Shown here: positions 62,712 to 64,000 of the stretch, in pieces | How positions within the stretch are numbered: the first letter of the stretch is position 1 | Layout of the letters: each line of letters begins with the position of its first letter | Source: Salpingoeca rosetta | Lineage: Eukaryota > Protista > Choanoflagellata | Direction of reading: 5' to 3' | DNA length: 64,000 bases | NCBI GenBank assembly: GCA_033442325.1 | Contig: JAWQFM010000009.1 | Span: forward strand, 1,467,672-1,531,671 | The notes under the pieces: model-generated | Told to the model about the DNA's origin: nothing | Databases searched by the model: none | What the model saw: only the letters and a program-made list of their open reading frames with translations | Program-made: the position numbers and the translations under genes

Positions 62712-64000
62712 CTACGACGACGATGTTGACGATGCAGATGCGGCCGACATGAGGTGATCAACGGCACTGGCGACATCGCCATCGGCAGCAACCAGCGCAG
62801 CAACAGCAGCATCCGAATCGCCGCACAGCCCCATGTCCGCCAGCGTGTGCATGTGCTTGAGGTATGCGGGCACGCGCGTGTTGTCGTCGCAGCCGTCAAG
62901 GACTGCGAGCACGTGTTCTGCTGGCCGGTGCGACGACAATTTCAGGTCGGCCGCTCGGAGCAACACATCCATAACCTGCCACACCATGTGTGTGTGTGAG
63001 TGAGTGAGTGAGTGAGTGAGTGAGTGAGTGAGTGAGTGAGTGAGTGAGTGAGTGAGTGAGTGAGTGAGTGAGTGAGTGAGTGAGTGAGTGAGTGAGTGAG
63101 TGAGTGAGTGAGTGAGTGAGTGAGTGAGTGAGTGAGTGAGTGAGTGAGTGAGTGAGTGAGTGAGTGAGTGAGTGAATGTGAATGTGTGTGTGAATGGGAA
63201 TGTGTACAAACACGTCCAAGCTCATAACGCAAGTGCCACACCTTGTTCATGTCTTGCTTGTAGTGCTCCACGGCCGCCCCTGCTAATGTTGCATCGAATC
63301 CCATGGCGCTCCAGTCCGTTTCTGCGGACGACCTCTCCGTTGCCGCTGAAGACGACGACGGCGGTGATGGCGATGAATGAGGCGACGCTCGTGTGCGCGC
63401 GGTGTGTGTGCGTGTTTGTGTGTGCGTGCTTGCCTGCGCGCGTGCATGCGAAGAGACTGCACGGGCCGCTGCCTGTCCAGGAACACGGGACGACGCCGAG
63501 TAATGACACGGTTGCTGCTGATGCTGCTGCTGCTGCCGTGCATGGTGTGCTGCTACATGGTGGTGGCCACCATGACCACCGTGACGGTGGCTGTGGTGGT
63601 GCTGCTGCTCCAGCCGCTCGAGCGCAGCCGACATTGAGTCGAACCGGTCCCGTGATGACGCCCGACCCAGGCCGTCATGATGGTGATGGTGATGATCGTT
63701 GTGGTGGCCATCGTGGCTATCATGGTGTTGATGCTGCGAGAGGTGGTGATCATGGTGGTGCTTAACATGGTGGGGTGATGATGATGATGATGATGGTGGT
63801 GGCGGTGGAGGACAACGTGCAGACTGCCGGTGGCTCGCTTGTCCATCTGCGTCCAAGTCCACCAGCATGCCACTGCCAGCATCATCGATGCTGTGCTGTG
63901 ATGCATGCGGTGGCTGTGGAGGATGCAGCGATGCGTCCGACCTGTCCCCAGCCATCGCATTCCGCCCATCCATCACAGGTGTTGCCTTTGCCTCCTCGCT
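62712..64000 (-). CDS. 3' end of a gene with a His/Ser-rich disordered region and C-terminal overlapping UBA repeats (SOUBA, UBAP1-like); 5' part lies outside the window
   Basis: Exons >64000-63242 and 62975-62712 give WSAMGFDATLAGAAVEHYKQDMNK|VMDVLL..HVLAVLDGCDD..YLKHMHTLADMG..AALVAADGDVASAVDHLM*, with the spacing of the UBAP1 SOUBA domain. Confidence 0.65.
62997..63174. repeat. (TGAG)n intronic tetranucleotide tract
   Basis: Directly visible. Confidence 0.95.

Overview
Intron-rich eukaryotic genomic DNA, GC-rich with dense (CA)n/(TG)n microsatellites and three 100-N scaffold gaps. Gene content and intron style suggest a choanoflagellate such as Salpingoeca; this is an inference. Most ORF-track entries are microsatellite or antisense artefacts. 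Manual exon stitching gives 12 genes, in order: a full-length ABCA transporter (-, 3' end beyond the window), RAB3GAP1 (+), two tandem paralogous type I membrane receptors with Cys-rich and HYR/DUF5011 Ig-like repeats (-,-), an MPPED-like metallophosphoesterase (-), STIM (-), RUVBL1 (+), a membrane-anchored alpha/beta-hydrolase-fold protein (-), an SMCR8-like DENN protein (+), an intronless type II membrane methyltransferase (-), CRYL1 (+) and the 3' end of a SOUBA/UBAP1-like gene (-). The most notable observations are: (1) a PA14 lectin-like domain inserted in the first exodomain of the ABCA transporter; (2) a kinase-less receptor pair sharing a near-identical ~2.2 kb stalk while their N-terminal regions and Tyr-motif tails have diverged; (3) many introns with a GT-repeat 5' arm and a complementary AC-repeat 3' arm; (4) a STIM lacking the usual basic patches; (5) a probable pseudo-hydrolase. 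Exon boundaries were called by eye and are approximate.
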